NCBI GenBank assembly: GCA_963787465.1
Contig: CAWBDD010000009.1
Location: forward strand, 14,358 to 78,357
DNA length: 64,000 bases
Direction of reading: 5' to 3'
Origin: an uncultured Thermoplasmata archaeon
GTDB lineage: Archaea > Thermoplasmatota > Thermoplasmata > UBA10834
Positions 1-9,644 of the stretch are shown here, piece after piece. Below the pieces are notes generated by a model. That model ran no database searches, had not been told where the DNA came from, and worked only from the letters and a program-made list of their open reading frames with translations. The position numbers and the translations under genes are program-made. How positions within the stretch are numbered: position 1 is the first letter of the stretch; each line of letters begins with the position of its first letter.

Positions 1-299
1 GATACAGCGCGACATCCAACGCCATCAAGTGGCTCATCCTGTCCGTGTACATCATCGTCGGGTTCATCGTCTTCTCACCACTCGTGATCTCGATGGTCCA
101 CGAGGACCTGGTCTACATCGCCTTCGCGCTCGCCATAGTAGTGATGATCGTGTTCGCACTGCGCAGCTCCATCCGCAGCATAGACTCCAGGCTCACCGAG
201 GCGCTCGAGAGCGGGGGCATGCCCGAGGCGGCCGAGACCTCCAGGGACCTCGTCGAGATCGAGGAGATCATAGCTGAGATGGAGCGTGAGAGGCGTTGA
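1..299 (+). CDS. Small membrane protein, 5'-truncated by the window edge
   Basis: The frame is open from position 3 (YSATSNAIKWLILSVYIIVGF...). Two hydrophobic helices and a charged C-terminus; TGA overlaps the TTG start of mre11. Confidence 0.6.
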   Translation, partial: YSATSNAIKWLILSVYIIVGFIVFSPLVISMVHEDLVYIAFALAIVVMIVFALRSSIRSIDSRLTEALESGGMPEAAETSRDLVEIEEIIAEMERERR

Positions 300-1414
300 G
301 GATAGTCCATCTCTCCGACACGCACCTCGGCTTCTCGGCGTACTCCAAGATCGACCCGGCAGACGGCGTGAACATGAGGGAGAAGGACTTCTACCGCGCC
401 TTCGAGCAGGCGATCGACAAGACGATCGAGCTCAAGCCGGACGCGGTCGTCCACGCCGGGGACCTCTTCGACGTCCCCCGGCCCACGAACAGGGCAATAG
501 TCTTCGCACAGAGGCAGCTGATAAGGCTCTCCGATGCGGGGATCGAGACGGTCCTCATATCCGGCAACCACTCGACCCCCAGGCTCTCCGAGTCCGCGAA
601 CATCTTCAGGCTGTTCGAGCCGTGGAAGCACATCCACCCGGTCCATGAGCCAGGGATACGGACCATCACCGTAGGGGACCTGACCGTGCATGTCGCGCCC
701 CACTCCACGGAGCCGCCCCTCGCGAGGCTGGTCACCGAGATGCACCCCTCCAAGGACACCAGGTACAACGTGGCGGTCCTGCACATCGGGGTGATCGACC
801 CCAGGAACAAGTTCATGATGGACGAGTTCAACGAGCAGTCGGTCCGCAGGGAGGACCTGCCGAGGGACTTCGACCACGTCGCCCTCGGGCACTTCCACGG
901 GGTGAAGGACCTGGGCGCGGGGAATGTCTGGTACTCCGGATCAACAGAGAGGTTGAGCATCACCGAGCACGACCAGGAGAAGGTCATACTCGAGGTCGAC
1001 CTCGCCAAGGGGAAGGTCACGAAGCACCCCCTGAGCGTCAGGCCCATGATGGACCTCCCGAAGGTGGAGGCGAAGGGGATGACCGCGACCGACGTGCTGG
1101 CCGCCGCCCGGGAGAGGGTCAGCGCCGTGGACATCCCGGACAAGATCGTGCGGCTCGTCATCACCGACGTCCCAGGGGAGGCGTACAGGGCGCTCGACGC
1201 CCCCGCGATAAGGCGGCTTGGCAGGAGCGCGATGTTCTTCGACCTGCGCATCGAGAGAGCCGACGCGCCCACCAGGAAGGAGGCGGAGGGGAGCCAGATA
1301 GGTTCCCTCCCGCACGAGTTCGAGAGGTTCGTGTCGGCGATGGACGCGCCCGAGCCCAGGAGGAGGATGCTCACCGACCGGGGGCTCCCGTACTTCGCAA
1401 GGGGTGAGGAATGA
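296..1414 (+). CDS. mre11: Mre11/SbcD DNA double-strand-break repair nuclease
   Basis: Phosphoesterase motifs HLSDTHLG, HAGDLFD, ISGNHST and LGHFH; overlaps the downstream Rad50 gene (ATGA). Confidence 0.92.
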   Translation: MRIVHLSDTHLGFSAYSKIDPADGVNMREKDFYRAFEQAIDKTIELKPDAVVHAGDLFDVPRPTNRAIVFAQRQLIRLSDAGIETVLISGNHSTPRLSESANIFRLFEPWKHIHPVHEPGIRTITVGDLTVHVAPHSTEPPLARLVTEMHPSKDTRYNVAVLHIGVIDPRNKFMMDEFNEQSVRREDLPRDFDHVALGHFHGVKDLGAGNVWYSGSTERLSITEHDQEKVILEVDLAKGKVTKHPLSVRPMMDLPKVEAKGMTATDVLAAARERVSAVDIPDKIVRLVITDVPGEAYRALDAPAIRRLGRSAMFFDLRIERADAPTRKEAEGSQIGSLPHEFERFVSAMDAPEPRRRMLTDRGLPYFARGEE

Positions 1415-3834
1415 GGATCTCGTCCCTCCGGGTCAGGAACTACCGGAGGTTCAAGGAGCTCGACCTCGAGTTCCCGGACGGGGTCGTGGGGATCCTCGGG
1501 CAGAACGGGGCGGGCAAGAGCACTATCATCGAGAGCATAGCCTGGGCGCTGTTCGGGAACGTGGAGGAGGCGACCAGGACCGACAAGGAGAGCATCAAGA
1601 GGGTCGGGGCCGCGGCCGACGAACCCTGCTCCGTCACCCTCGAGTTCGAGCTCAACGGGGTCGAGTACAAGATCGAGCGGGAGATGAGGGGGAAGAACCT
1701 CACCCCGAAGGCCACCCTCAGGACGAAGGAGGCGGTGATGGCCAGCAGCGAGAAGGACGCTACCGCCAAGATAGAGAAGCTCATCGGCATGGACTACAAA
1801 TCGTTCTTCACAAGCGTCTTCGCCAGGCAGAAGGACCTGAGCGCGCTCCAGGACGCGCAGCCGGGCGAGAGGAGGAAGACCATCCTGAAGATGCTGAGGA
1901 TAGATGCGGTCGACGCTGTCCTGCAGCTCGTCAGGGACGACCGGCGGGACGTCTCCAGGCGCATAGAGTGGGCCCAGAAGCAGCTCCTCGACGAGGACGG
2001 CAGGGACAAGGAGGAGGTCATCAGGGCGGGCATGCCCGCGCTGGAGGCCGCCACGGAGGAGGCGGCCAAGAGTCTGAAGGCCTCGTCGGAGAGGGAGGGG
2101 AAGGCCACTGCCGAGGCCGAGGAGGCCAGGAAGCGCAGGGACGACCTCAGGAAGGACTACGAGGGCTACAACCAGGCGCTCTCGGAGCTGACGGCGAAGA
2201 GGGCCGCACTGACGGCCTCGAAGGAGAGGATGGGGCGGACCGGGAAGAGGATCGCCGAGGTCGAGGAGCGGCTCAAGCGGATGCCGGAGCTCGACAAGGC
2301 CGAGACCGCGTGGAAGGACGTGGTCGCCAAGAAGGAGCGGCTCGACGGCGAGAAGCTCCGGGCCGAGAAGGCATCCCACATCAGGAAGGACATCGCCGAC
2401 ATCATGAAGGAGTCCGACGCCACGAAGAAGGACCTGGACGAGTCGCGCGGCGCGCTGAAGGGGACCGCGGGGCTCGAGGAGGAGCTGAGCCAGTCCGACA
2501 GGCAGCGGGAGGAGAGCATCGCCGAGAGGACGAGGCTGTCCTCCAGGATAGGGGAGCTGAGGGCGGGCGTCTCAGAGCGCAGGTCCGCTGCCGCGAAGGA
2601 CCGCAAGAAGCTCGACGAGATCTCGACGGCGGGGAGGGACGGCATGTGCCCGACGTGCGAGCGCGCGCTCGGGGATGCTTACGCGCTCCTGATAGAGAAG
2701 CTCGGGGAGTCCGCCGCGGCGGCAGATAAGGAGGCGGCGGCCAAGGAGAAGGAGGCAGCCGACGCCGAGGCGGCCGTGGCATCGGCCGTCAAGAGAGAGG
2801 AGGCCCTCGGGAAGAGGAGGGCGGTGAAGGAGAAGGAGCTCGCCCAGATGAGGCGCACGGAGGCGTCCGTCGCCGAGAAGGACAAGAACCTGGCGAGGCT
2901 CACTGAGAGGATCAAGCTCAAGACGCAGGAGCTCGCATCGATAGGCGAGACGGGCTTCTCCGATGACGAGTACAAGGTCACCAAGACCGAGCACGACAGG
3001 CTCCGGCCCCTGCACGACGAGTACATCCGGCTCAAGGGGACGGAGGAGGAGCTAGGCCGCCTGAGGCACGACCTAGCCGACGCGAAGGAGCAATCCGACC
3101 GCGTCGGACGCGAGGAGGAGGTCGTCGCCGGCATGGTCGCGGTGCTTGAACCAAAGAAGGCCCAATACGATGCCGCATACAAGCAACTTGACCAGAAAAT
3201 GGCAGAGCTGAACGCGGCCAAGGACGAGCGTCACAAGGCGGCGACGGCCAAGGAGAAGTCGGAGCACGGGCTCGTTCAGGCTAGGCAGGAGATCGAGCGG
3301 ATCGACAAGACCAAGAAGAGCATCGAGTCCGACAGCCGGTCGAAGGACGAACTGGCCGACCTCGAGGAGGTCCTGCTCGCCTTCAGGGACAACCTAGTCG
3401 CGCGCGTGGCCCCCGCGCTGGCGGAGGCGACCTCCGTCCTGCTGAAGGAGATGACCGGGGGCAGGTACGACGCGGTCGAGCTGAGCGACACCTACGAGAT
3501 GAGGGTCCACGACCAGGGGCAACCCTACGAGCTCAGGCGGTTCTCCGGAGGGGAGGGTGACATCGCGAACCTGGCCCTGAGGCTGGCGGTCTCGCGCACG
3601 ATAGCAGACCGCGCGGGCGCGACTCCCGTCAACCTCCTGGTCCTGGATGAGATCTTCGGCTCCCTCGACAAGGGCCGGAGGGAGAGCGTCATGCGCGCCC
3701 TGAACGCGCTCTCTGGCAACTTCAGGCAGATCCTCCTGATCACGCACATAGAGGAGGTCAAGGAGCTCTTCGGGCCGGTCATCCGGGTCGAGGAGGGCCC
3801 CGAGGGCTGGAGCGTCGCCAAGGTCGAGCCGTGA
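1411..3834 (+). CDS. rad50: Rad50/SbcC SMC-family ATPase
   Basis: Walker A GQNGAGKS, long coiled coil with central zinc hook CPTC, signature FSGGE, Walker B/D-loop VLDEIFGSLD, H-loop ITH. Confidence 0.93.
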   Translation: MRISSLRVRNYRRFKELDLEFPDGVVGILGQNGAGKSTIIESIAWALFGNVEEATRTDKESIKRVGAAADEPCSVTLEFELNGVEYKIEREMRGKNLTPKATLRTKEAVMASSEKDATAKIEKLIGMDYKSFFTSVFARQKDLSALQDAQPGERRKTILKMLRIDAVDAVLQLVRDDRRDVSRRIEWAQKQLLDEDGRDKEEVIRAGMPALEAATEEAAKSLKASSEREGKATAEAEEARKRRDDLRKDYEGYNQALSELTAKRAALTASKERMGRTGKRIAEVEERLKRMPELDKAETAWKDVVAKKERLDGEKLRAEKASHIRKDIADIMKESDATKKDLDESRGALKGTAGLEEELSQSDRQREESIAERTRLSSRIGELRAGVSERRSAAAKDRKKLDEISTAGRDGMCPTCERALGDAYALLIEKLGESAAAADKEAAAKEKEAADAEAAVASAVKREEALGKRRAVKEKELAQMRRTEASVAEKDKNLARLTERIKLKTQELASIGETGFSDDEYKVTKTEHDRLRPLHDEYIRLKGTEEELGRLRHDLADAKEQSDRVGREEEVVAGMVAVLEPKKAQYDAAYKQLDQKMAELNAAKDERHKAATAKEKSEHGLVQARQEIERIDKTKKSIESDSRSKDELADLEEVLLAFRDNLVARVAPALAEATSVLLKEMTGGRYDAVELSDTYEMRVHDQGQPYELRRFSGGEGDIANLALRLAVSRTIADRAGATPVNLLVLDEIFGSLDKGRRESVMRALNALSGNFRQILLITHIEEVKELFGPVIRVEEGPEGWSVAKVEP

Positions 3835-3837
3835 TGG

Positions 3838-4731
3838 TCAGGTGAACCCGCCGAGGGTCATCTGGTCCTGGATGTCGATGTCCTTCTCCTCGTGCGGGAT
3901 GCCGAGGACGTCCATCATCTGGAAGGCGTTCTTGACCGCCTTCGCGCGGCCGTGGTTGTTGAAGTATATCCAGGCGTTCTCGCAGTTGGAGATCATCTCG
4001 GAGAGCCTGGGCTCCCACGAGGAGAGCTGGTCGTGGTCGTAGAGGTAGTCGTACCTGTTTATGCGGTAGTCGTCCTCCTTCTCGTCCTTGAACCATATGT
4101 CGTAGTTGCGGCCGTGGAACCTCACGTACGCGTGCTTGGCCGTCAGCGAGCGGGTCATGGGGAAGCCGGGACCGTCGATGATGACATTGGCCACCTTGAA
4201 CTCCTGGAGGACCTCGATGGCATCGGATGTGATCTCGTTGCCGCGCTCGTTGAGCCAGCTCCTGTGCCTGAACTCGATGGCGTACCTGTGCGCGTCCGTG
4301 TCGAGCATCTGGAAGAGCGCCCTGAGCCGGCCGAGGCTCTCCCTATCGGTCATCTTGAAGTAGGGTGAGAGCTGGATCAGGACACCCCCGAGCAGGCCCG
4401 CCTCCGCCAGGGGCTTGACGCAGATGGCCTCGAAACTCGACGCCTGTGCGACCGCCTTCTCGGCGGAGTCCTTCAGGATCGACTCGTGAGTGATCATCTG
4501 GGGCAGCTTCACGGAGAACTCGAAGCCCATGCGCTGCCGCGCCTTCTCGATCCACGATTTGACCATGAACTCGTTCGGGATGTGGTAGAAGGTGGAGTTG
4601 ACCTCGACCGTGCTGAAGTACCTCGAGTAGTAGGAGAACCAGTCGCCCTTCTTCGCGGCCATCTCGTTAGGGTAGAACCTGCCCACCCAGTCGTCGTAGG
4701 ACCACCCAGAGCAGCCTACCTGAGCCGCCAT
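3838..4731 (-). CDS. DUF72 (YecE-like) TIM-barrel protein
   Basis: N-terminal GCSGWSYDDW plus VEVNSTFY, FSVKLP, EFRHRSW, YVRFHGRN and YFNNH motifs. Confidence 0.9.
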   Translation of the reverse strand: MAAQVGCSGWSYDDWVGRFYPNEMAAKKGDWFSYYSRYFSTVEVNSTFYHIPNEFMVKSWIEKARQRMGFEFSVKLPQMITHESILKDSAEKAVAQASSFEAICVKPLAEAGLLGGVLIQLSPYFKMTDRESLGRLRALFQMLDTDAHRYAIEFRHRSWLNERGNEITSDAIEVLQEFKVANVIIDGPGFPMTRSLTAKHAYVRFHGRNYDIWFKDEKEDDYRINRYDYLYDHDQLSSWEPRLSEMISNCENAWIYFNNHGRAKAVKNAFQMMDVLGIPHEEKDIDIQDQMTLGGFT

Positions 4732-4790
4732 CGAGTTTTCAGATTACCTGTGGCTATAAGAACATTGGCTCAGGCGGCCGGGAACTGGGC

Positions 4791-4803
4791 AAAGCAATAT
4801 ATC
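4791..4803 (+). promoter_or_regulatory. BRE/TATA-like promoter for the H/ACA RNA
   Basis: AAAGCAATATATC lies ~25 nt upstream of the first hairpin (4827). Both flanking protein genes are on the minus strand, so no protein gene explains it. Confidence 0.55.
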
Positions 4804-4826
4804 CTACGGGAGGGCTAGTACCAGAC

Positions 4827-5033
4827 GCCTGGAAGATTATGCTGCTGACCTCATGATGCAGTGTTCCGACGCCAGGCTACAGTGCGCCGATTATGGGTCC
4901 CTCTACGAATCTTCGGTGAGACACCGTGACGTGTGTGGAGGACAACCCGGCGCTCAACACAACCCCCAGGAGGGTCAGGGCGGTGAGTGTGCGTGGGCAC
5001 GCCTGTGAACCGCGCTGTTACGCCTGGGGGACA
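4827..5033 (+). ncRNA. Box H/ACA pseudouridylation guide RNA with three hairpins
   Basis: HP1: GCCUGG/CCAGGC lower stem, pocket, AUGCUG/CAGUGU upper stem, K-loop CUGA-CCUCAU-GAUG, ACA at 4879. HP2: 4882-4955, followed by ACA at 4957/4959. HP3: CCCCCAGG/CCUGGGGG, pocket, K-turn (GA...UGUGA), ACA at 5031. In HP1 and HP3 the upper stem ends 14 and 15 nt before ACA. Confidence 0.8.
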
Positions 5034-5734
5034 ATCCAGGTCCCGGCCCGACCCTTCTTCGACCTGGCGAGCTTCGTGAGCCAGCCCTCCGCGTCCTTGT
5101 ACATCGAGAAGGCCCTCTCCCTCTCCCTGAACTCCTTCGTATGATGGATCCGCCTCGTCGGGCTCCCCTTCGCCTCCATCACTCCGTGAAGAAGCTCATG
5201 GTAGACGACGAACTCGAGCACGAACCTGGGGACCTTCTCCGAGTCGAGGACCTTGTTCACGGCCAAGAGGCTCAGCGGCTCGAAGTAGAATCCGAGCCTC
5301 GCCGCTGGGGACTCCTTCGCCCATGCCAGGTCCGGGCTCCTGATCCCGCCCTCAAAGTAGCACGCGTTCACGTAGTCGAAGACCGGCCTGAGATCCCTCG
5401 CCTCACCCCTCGCCCTGAACGAGAGGTTCCTCGCGCGTGACATGTACGTGTCCTTCTTCGGGACCCAGAGCTCGCGCGACCTCGCGTACCCGAGGTACTT
5501 GTCTGCCATGGCCTCCGGGCACTCCTTCTCGTACGCCCTGCAGAGGATGTACCAGGCGAACGCCTCCGCCACATCGTCTGGGGCGTGGTCCAGGTAATCG
5601 CTGACCCTCAATGTCAGGTGGCCACCTCGCCTCCTCCACGTGTGCTTGAGCTCGCTGTAAGGGTGGAACGAAACGGTGAGCCGCCCGCCCCCGAGCTGCT
5701 TGTTCACCGGCTTGAAAAAGGCATCCAGGTCCAA
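5018..5734 (-). CDS. SprT/YgjP-like zinc metalloprotease domain protein
   Basis: FVVYHELLH (HExxH) followed by HTKEF; RLGFY motif; TTG start. Confidence 0.75.
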   Translation of the reverse strand: MDLDAFFKPVNKQLGGGRLTVSFHPYSELKHTWRRRGGHLTLRVSDYLDHAPDDVAEAFAWYILCRAYEKECPEAMADKYLGYARSRELWVPKKDTYMSRARNLSFRARGEARDLRPVFDYVNACYFEGGIRSPDLAWAKESPAARLGFYFEPLSLLAVNKVLDSEKVPRFVLEFVVYHELLHGVMEAKGSPTRRIHHTKEFRERERAFSMYKDAEGWLTKLARSKKGRAGTWIVPQA

Positions 5735-5802
5735 GGCGGCGGAGTATGGCTCAAGCTACATATATGGTTGACCGCCAATCAGCCGGAGGGACGAGGACAG
5801 GG

Positions 5803-6909
5803 ATGCCCGTGGAGAGTTCTGTTCGACGGATGTCTGGACGTGTGGCACTTGCGGCCCTGACCGTGGTCGCCCTGCTCGTGTCGGCATCTCCACTAGTAGG
5901 CGCGGAGGCGTCCGCAGATGGGCCGTCGGAGGCAGTGACGGCAGTCTCCTCGGAGAACATCGAGGAGACAATATCCTATCTTGAGTCCCTCGGCACCAGG
6001 GAGTTCCACACAGAAGGGGCGTCGCTGGCAGCCGAGTACATCTACGACTCGCTGTCTGAGCTCGGACTCGATGTCGAGTACCAGGAGTTCGAACTGGACT
6101 CCGTCACTATCAGAAACGTCGTCGCGACGACTCCCGGCACACCCGTGGAAGAGGGCGTCTACCTCTTAGGCGCCCACTATGACTCCGAGAACAAGCTGGT
6201 CGACACGTACGACGAGGCAGTGACGATCCCCGCACCGGGGGCAGACGACGACGCGTCCGGAGTGGCAGCTGTCATCGAGATCGCGAGAGTGCTCGGAACC
6301 AGTGGCCTGCAGTTGCAGCACACACTCAAGTTCGTGGCCTTCGGGGCCGAGGAGATGGGCTACAACAACATGGGTGGCCTCGCTGGGAGCGCGTACTTCG
6401 TCGAGCAGGAGGTCGCCGCAGACGTCCAGTACGCCGGGACCGCCATACTGGACATGATCGGCTACAGGAACGGGACCGAGAACGTCGTCTCGCTGATCGA
6501 GGACGATGGCAGCCACACGCTCGCAGACGCGATGGTCGAGGCGGTCGACGAGCATGCCCTCGACCTCAGGATAGACCGGTACACGGCCGCTTGGGCGACC
6601 TACAGCGACCACTCCTCGTTCTGGAGCGCGGGCTACCCGAGCGTCCTCGTCATAGAGGAGATGGAGCCTCTCGAGCTCATGCCCCTCAACCCGAACTACC
6701 ACACCTCGGGGGACACCCTGTCTACCCTGTCGATGGACCAGGTCAAGGCCGTGAGCCAGGCGCTCGCAGGAGGCCTGCTCGAGCTCACCGCGCCCGAAGA
6801 TGAAGGAGGCGGGATCCCGACCGAGGCGGTGGTCGCGGGCGTCGCCGCGGGGACAGGAGGAATAGCGGTCGCAGCATTCTACATCAGGCACAGGAGGTCG
6901 GAACGATGA
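5803..6909 (+). CDS. M28-family peptidase with signal peptide and C-terminal membrane anchor
   Basis: GAHYDS, GADDDASG, FGAEEMG, LDMIGY, SDHSSF and YHTSGD motifs; hydrophobic C-terminal helix. The start could be 5746, 5803 or 5830. Confidence 0.88.
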   Translation: MPVESSVRRMSGRVALAALTVVALLVSASPLVGAEASADGPSEAVTAVSSENIEETISYLESLGTREFHTEGASLAAEYIYDSLSELGLDVEYQEFELDSVTIRNVVATTPGTPVEEGVYLLGAHYDSENKLVDTYDEAVTIPAPGADDDASGVAAVIEIARVLGTSGLQLQHTLKFVAFGAEEMGYNNMGGLAGSAYFVEQEVAADVQYAGTAILDMIGYRNGTENVVSLIEDDGSHTLADAMVEAVDEHALDLRIDRYTAAWATYSDHSSFWSAGYPSVLVIEEMEPLELMPLNPNYHTSGDTLSTLSMDQVKAVSQALAGGLLELTAPEDEGGGIPTEAVVAGVAAGTGGIAVAAFYIRHRRSER

Positions 6910-7361
6910 CGGACCACGGAACCAACAAGGTCAGGAGAGAGTACCCGGACGCCCCGCTCGTAGGCGTGGGCGCCGTCGTGATCAAGAGCGGCAAGATACT
7001 GCTGATCAAGCGGGCCTTCCCCCCAGGGGAGGGCAAATGGAGCATCCCTGGTGGCCTGGTCGATGTCGGGGAGACGCTCTCCACGGCCGTCGAGCGGGAG
7101 ACCGAGGAGGAGACCGGCGTGAAGGTCAAGACCCTCGAACTGATCAACGTCTTCGACATGGTCGACAGCGACCCGGACGGGAGGGTCAGATACCACTACA
7201 TCCTCGTCGACTTCCTGGTGAAACCCGTGGGCGGCAAGGAGGCCGCGAGCGAGGAGGTCACGGAGATGAAGTGGGTCGCCTGGGACGAGGCGAAGGGCAT
7301 GGACCTCACGAAGACCGCCCGCAAGGCGCTCGAGGAGCTGTTCGGCGGCTCCGTCGGCTAG
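6906..7361 (+). CDS. NUDIX hydrolase
   Basis: Nudix box GGLVDVGETLSTAVERETEEETG. Confidence 0.92.
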   Translation: MTDHGTNKVRREYPDAPLVGVGAVVIKSGKILLIKRAFPPGEGKWSIPGGLVDVGETLSTAVERETEEETGVKVKTLELINVFDMVDSDPDGRVRYHYILVDFLVKPVGGKEAASEEVTEMKWVAWDEAKGMDLTKTARKALEELFGGSVG

Positions 7362-9644
7362 GGATCCCCTGACATGTGCAGCGCCGGCATCGCGTGCTGG
7401 GGCGGCACGTTTCTCGTCCTCGTCGTCCTGATGACCATGACGGGGGTCTCCACGGACCGTATGATCCTGTCGTAGACGTTCCCGAAGAGGACGTTGCTCA
7501 AGTCCGCCCTCCTGGCCAGCGCCCATGACGAGGAGGTCGTGGTGCGCGGCTTGTTCCAGGACCGTGTTCACGAGGGACTTCGAGCGCATCGTGTGGACCT
7601 CGCACTCGACCTTGACGCGCTCGCACATCTTCCGCAGGCGCTCGGCGTTGCCCCTGGACAGCTCCAGGGTCTTCTCGTCGGTGATGACGTTCAGGATCTC
7701 GACCTTGGCCCCGTACTCCCTCGCGAGGGGCAGCGCGAGCAGCAGGGCCTTCCTGCTCTCGAAGTAGCCGCCCGAGACCAGCAGGATGTTGTCTATGTTC
7801 TTGTTGAGCCGCTTCGTCTTGATGATTGCCATGTCGCACGGCGCCTTCCGGACCACCTCATCGAGGTTCCTGCCGAGGATGGTCCTCCCGAGCCTCTTGG
7901 TCCCCTTCCATCCGACCACGAGCAGGTTCGCCGCGTCGTGATGGACCTGGTCCAGGATGGCGCCAGCGATGTCATACGAGACCGAGACCACCGGCCGCAC
8001 CCTGACCGTCGACGGGGCGACCTTGGAGACCTTCTTCAGCCCCATGGAGAGCTCGTCGATGTAGTCCTTGCCTATCGCCTCCAGGGGCATGGCCCTCGGG
8101 ACCTCGACCACTGTGTTTATCGTGAGCTCGCCCTTGAAGTACCGCGCGAGGATGCCAGCGGCCTCGACGAGCCTGAGGTCGCCCAGGTCGCCGAGCGCGA
8201 GGAACACCCTGTACCTCTCGACCTCCTCCTTCGTGAGGGGTTTCTGTGGCACCCTCTTCCTGTGGACGATGGATTCCGTGGCCTCTTCCGACGGGCGGGC
8301 GAACGCGGACAGGGCTAGTCCGATGGCGATCCATATCGCTGCGATGTACCACGCCTCGGGCATGAACCACCACATGTACGCGGCCATGCCGAGGGTCGAG
8401 ACGAGCCCGACCGCGGGGAAGAGGGGGAACATCGGCGTCTTGAAGGCGAGGTCGATCTCCGTGAGCCGGCTCCTCAGGCGGAGCGAGGCAAGGTTGGCCA
8501 GCGCGAACAGGAGCAGGAACATTATCGACGTGGCGCCGACTATGAGTTTGAGCGGGAAGAAGAGCGCCATGACCAGCATGATCGTGCCGGTTATGATTAT
8601 CGCCTTGTGCGGGACCCGGCGCAGGCTGTGTATGGACCCGAATATCTTCGGGAGGGAGCCGTCGCGCCCCATCGCGAAACTGACCCTGGACGACGAGAAG
8701 ACGGTCGCGTTCAGCGCGGCCATGGCCGAGAGTATCCCCCCGAATATCACCAGAGGCGCACCCACGTACGGTATCATCTCCCTGCCCGCGTCTATGACGG
8801 CGTTCTCCCCCGCGGCACCCACCCATCCGGGTGAGAAGTTCGCCAGGCACGCGAAGGCCACGCAGACGTAGAGAAGGGCGGCGACCAAGACGGAGATGAA
8901 TATCGCCCTCGGGATGTTCTTCTGGGGGTCCTTGACCTCCTCGCCGCACTGGACTATGATCTCGTATCCCTCGAAAGCGATGAACGTGAACCCCATCACC
9001 ATGAAGATCGTCGGGAACTCGTCGCCGGAGGGGAGGATGTCCTGGAAGCTGTCGAGGAAGTCTATCCCGCGCATGTCGAGGGCGTAGAGGACCGCGAAGG
9101 AGACGAAGAACGCCACTATCATGATCTGGACGATGGTGACCATGTCACCGGCCTTACCAGTGGCCCCGACGCCCAGGTAGTTGACCCCTACGAAGAAGAA
9201 GATGGCCACGGCCGCGAAGAGCTTGATGATGGCGCCCTCGCTGAGCCCGAACAGGTCGACCTCGAGCACCGAGACCAGGGCGAACATCGCATAGCCCATG
9301 CCCAAGGCGTAGTAGCTGCAGGCGACGGTATGGCCGAACCACGACATCCAGCCAGACATGAACGCGGCAGGGTTGCGCAACGCCTTCTTCGCCCAGAGAT
9401 AGCCTCCTCCCGCTTCTGGGAATGTCGAGCCGAGCTCGGCATACGTGCCTGCGGTGAACAGGGCGACGAAGCCGTTGAGGGCGAAGACCAGAAGCACAGC
9501 TGAACCGACCTCGTTCGTGATCACCCCTATGAGGACGAAGATGCTGGTGCCGATCATCGCGCCGACACCGATCATCGTGACATCGAAAAGCCCCAGGTCG
9601 CGTCTAAGGGTGACCGTCACAGGCTGGCTGCTAGGACCCGACAT
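7358..9644 (-). CDS. APC-family amino acid permease fused to two C-terminal universal-stress (USP) domains; one apparent frameshift near 7514
   Basis: LGLFDVTMIGVGAMIGTSIF, GGGYLWA and AFEGYE permease motifs, then USP-like LLVVGWKG...VVRKAPCDM. The +1 frame continues RRADLSNVLFGNVYDRIIRSVETPVMVIR to TAG at 7358, which overlaps the NUDIX stop. Confidence 0.85.

Noticed and set aside
391-2379. Long antisense or alternate-frame ORFs (also 9963-11402, 11974-13752, 28868-30589, 32307-33881, 54577-56046, 57857-59788)
   Set aside because: They are shadows of GC-rich genes whose true frames carry clear family motifs; they show no motifs of their own.
4827-5033. Alternative identities for the structured RNA (SRP RNA, RNase P RNA, TPP or fluoride riboswitch, tRNA-Pyl) or a 50-codon ORF
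   Set aside because: Their conserved motifs are absent, and the hairpin-K-turn-ACA pattern fits H/ACA far better.
6879-7357. 925-aa permease ORF running antisense through the NUDIX gene
   Set aside because: Artefact of the frameshift at ~7514; the natural USP C-terminus is in the +1 frame and stops at 7358.
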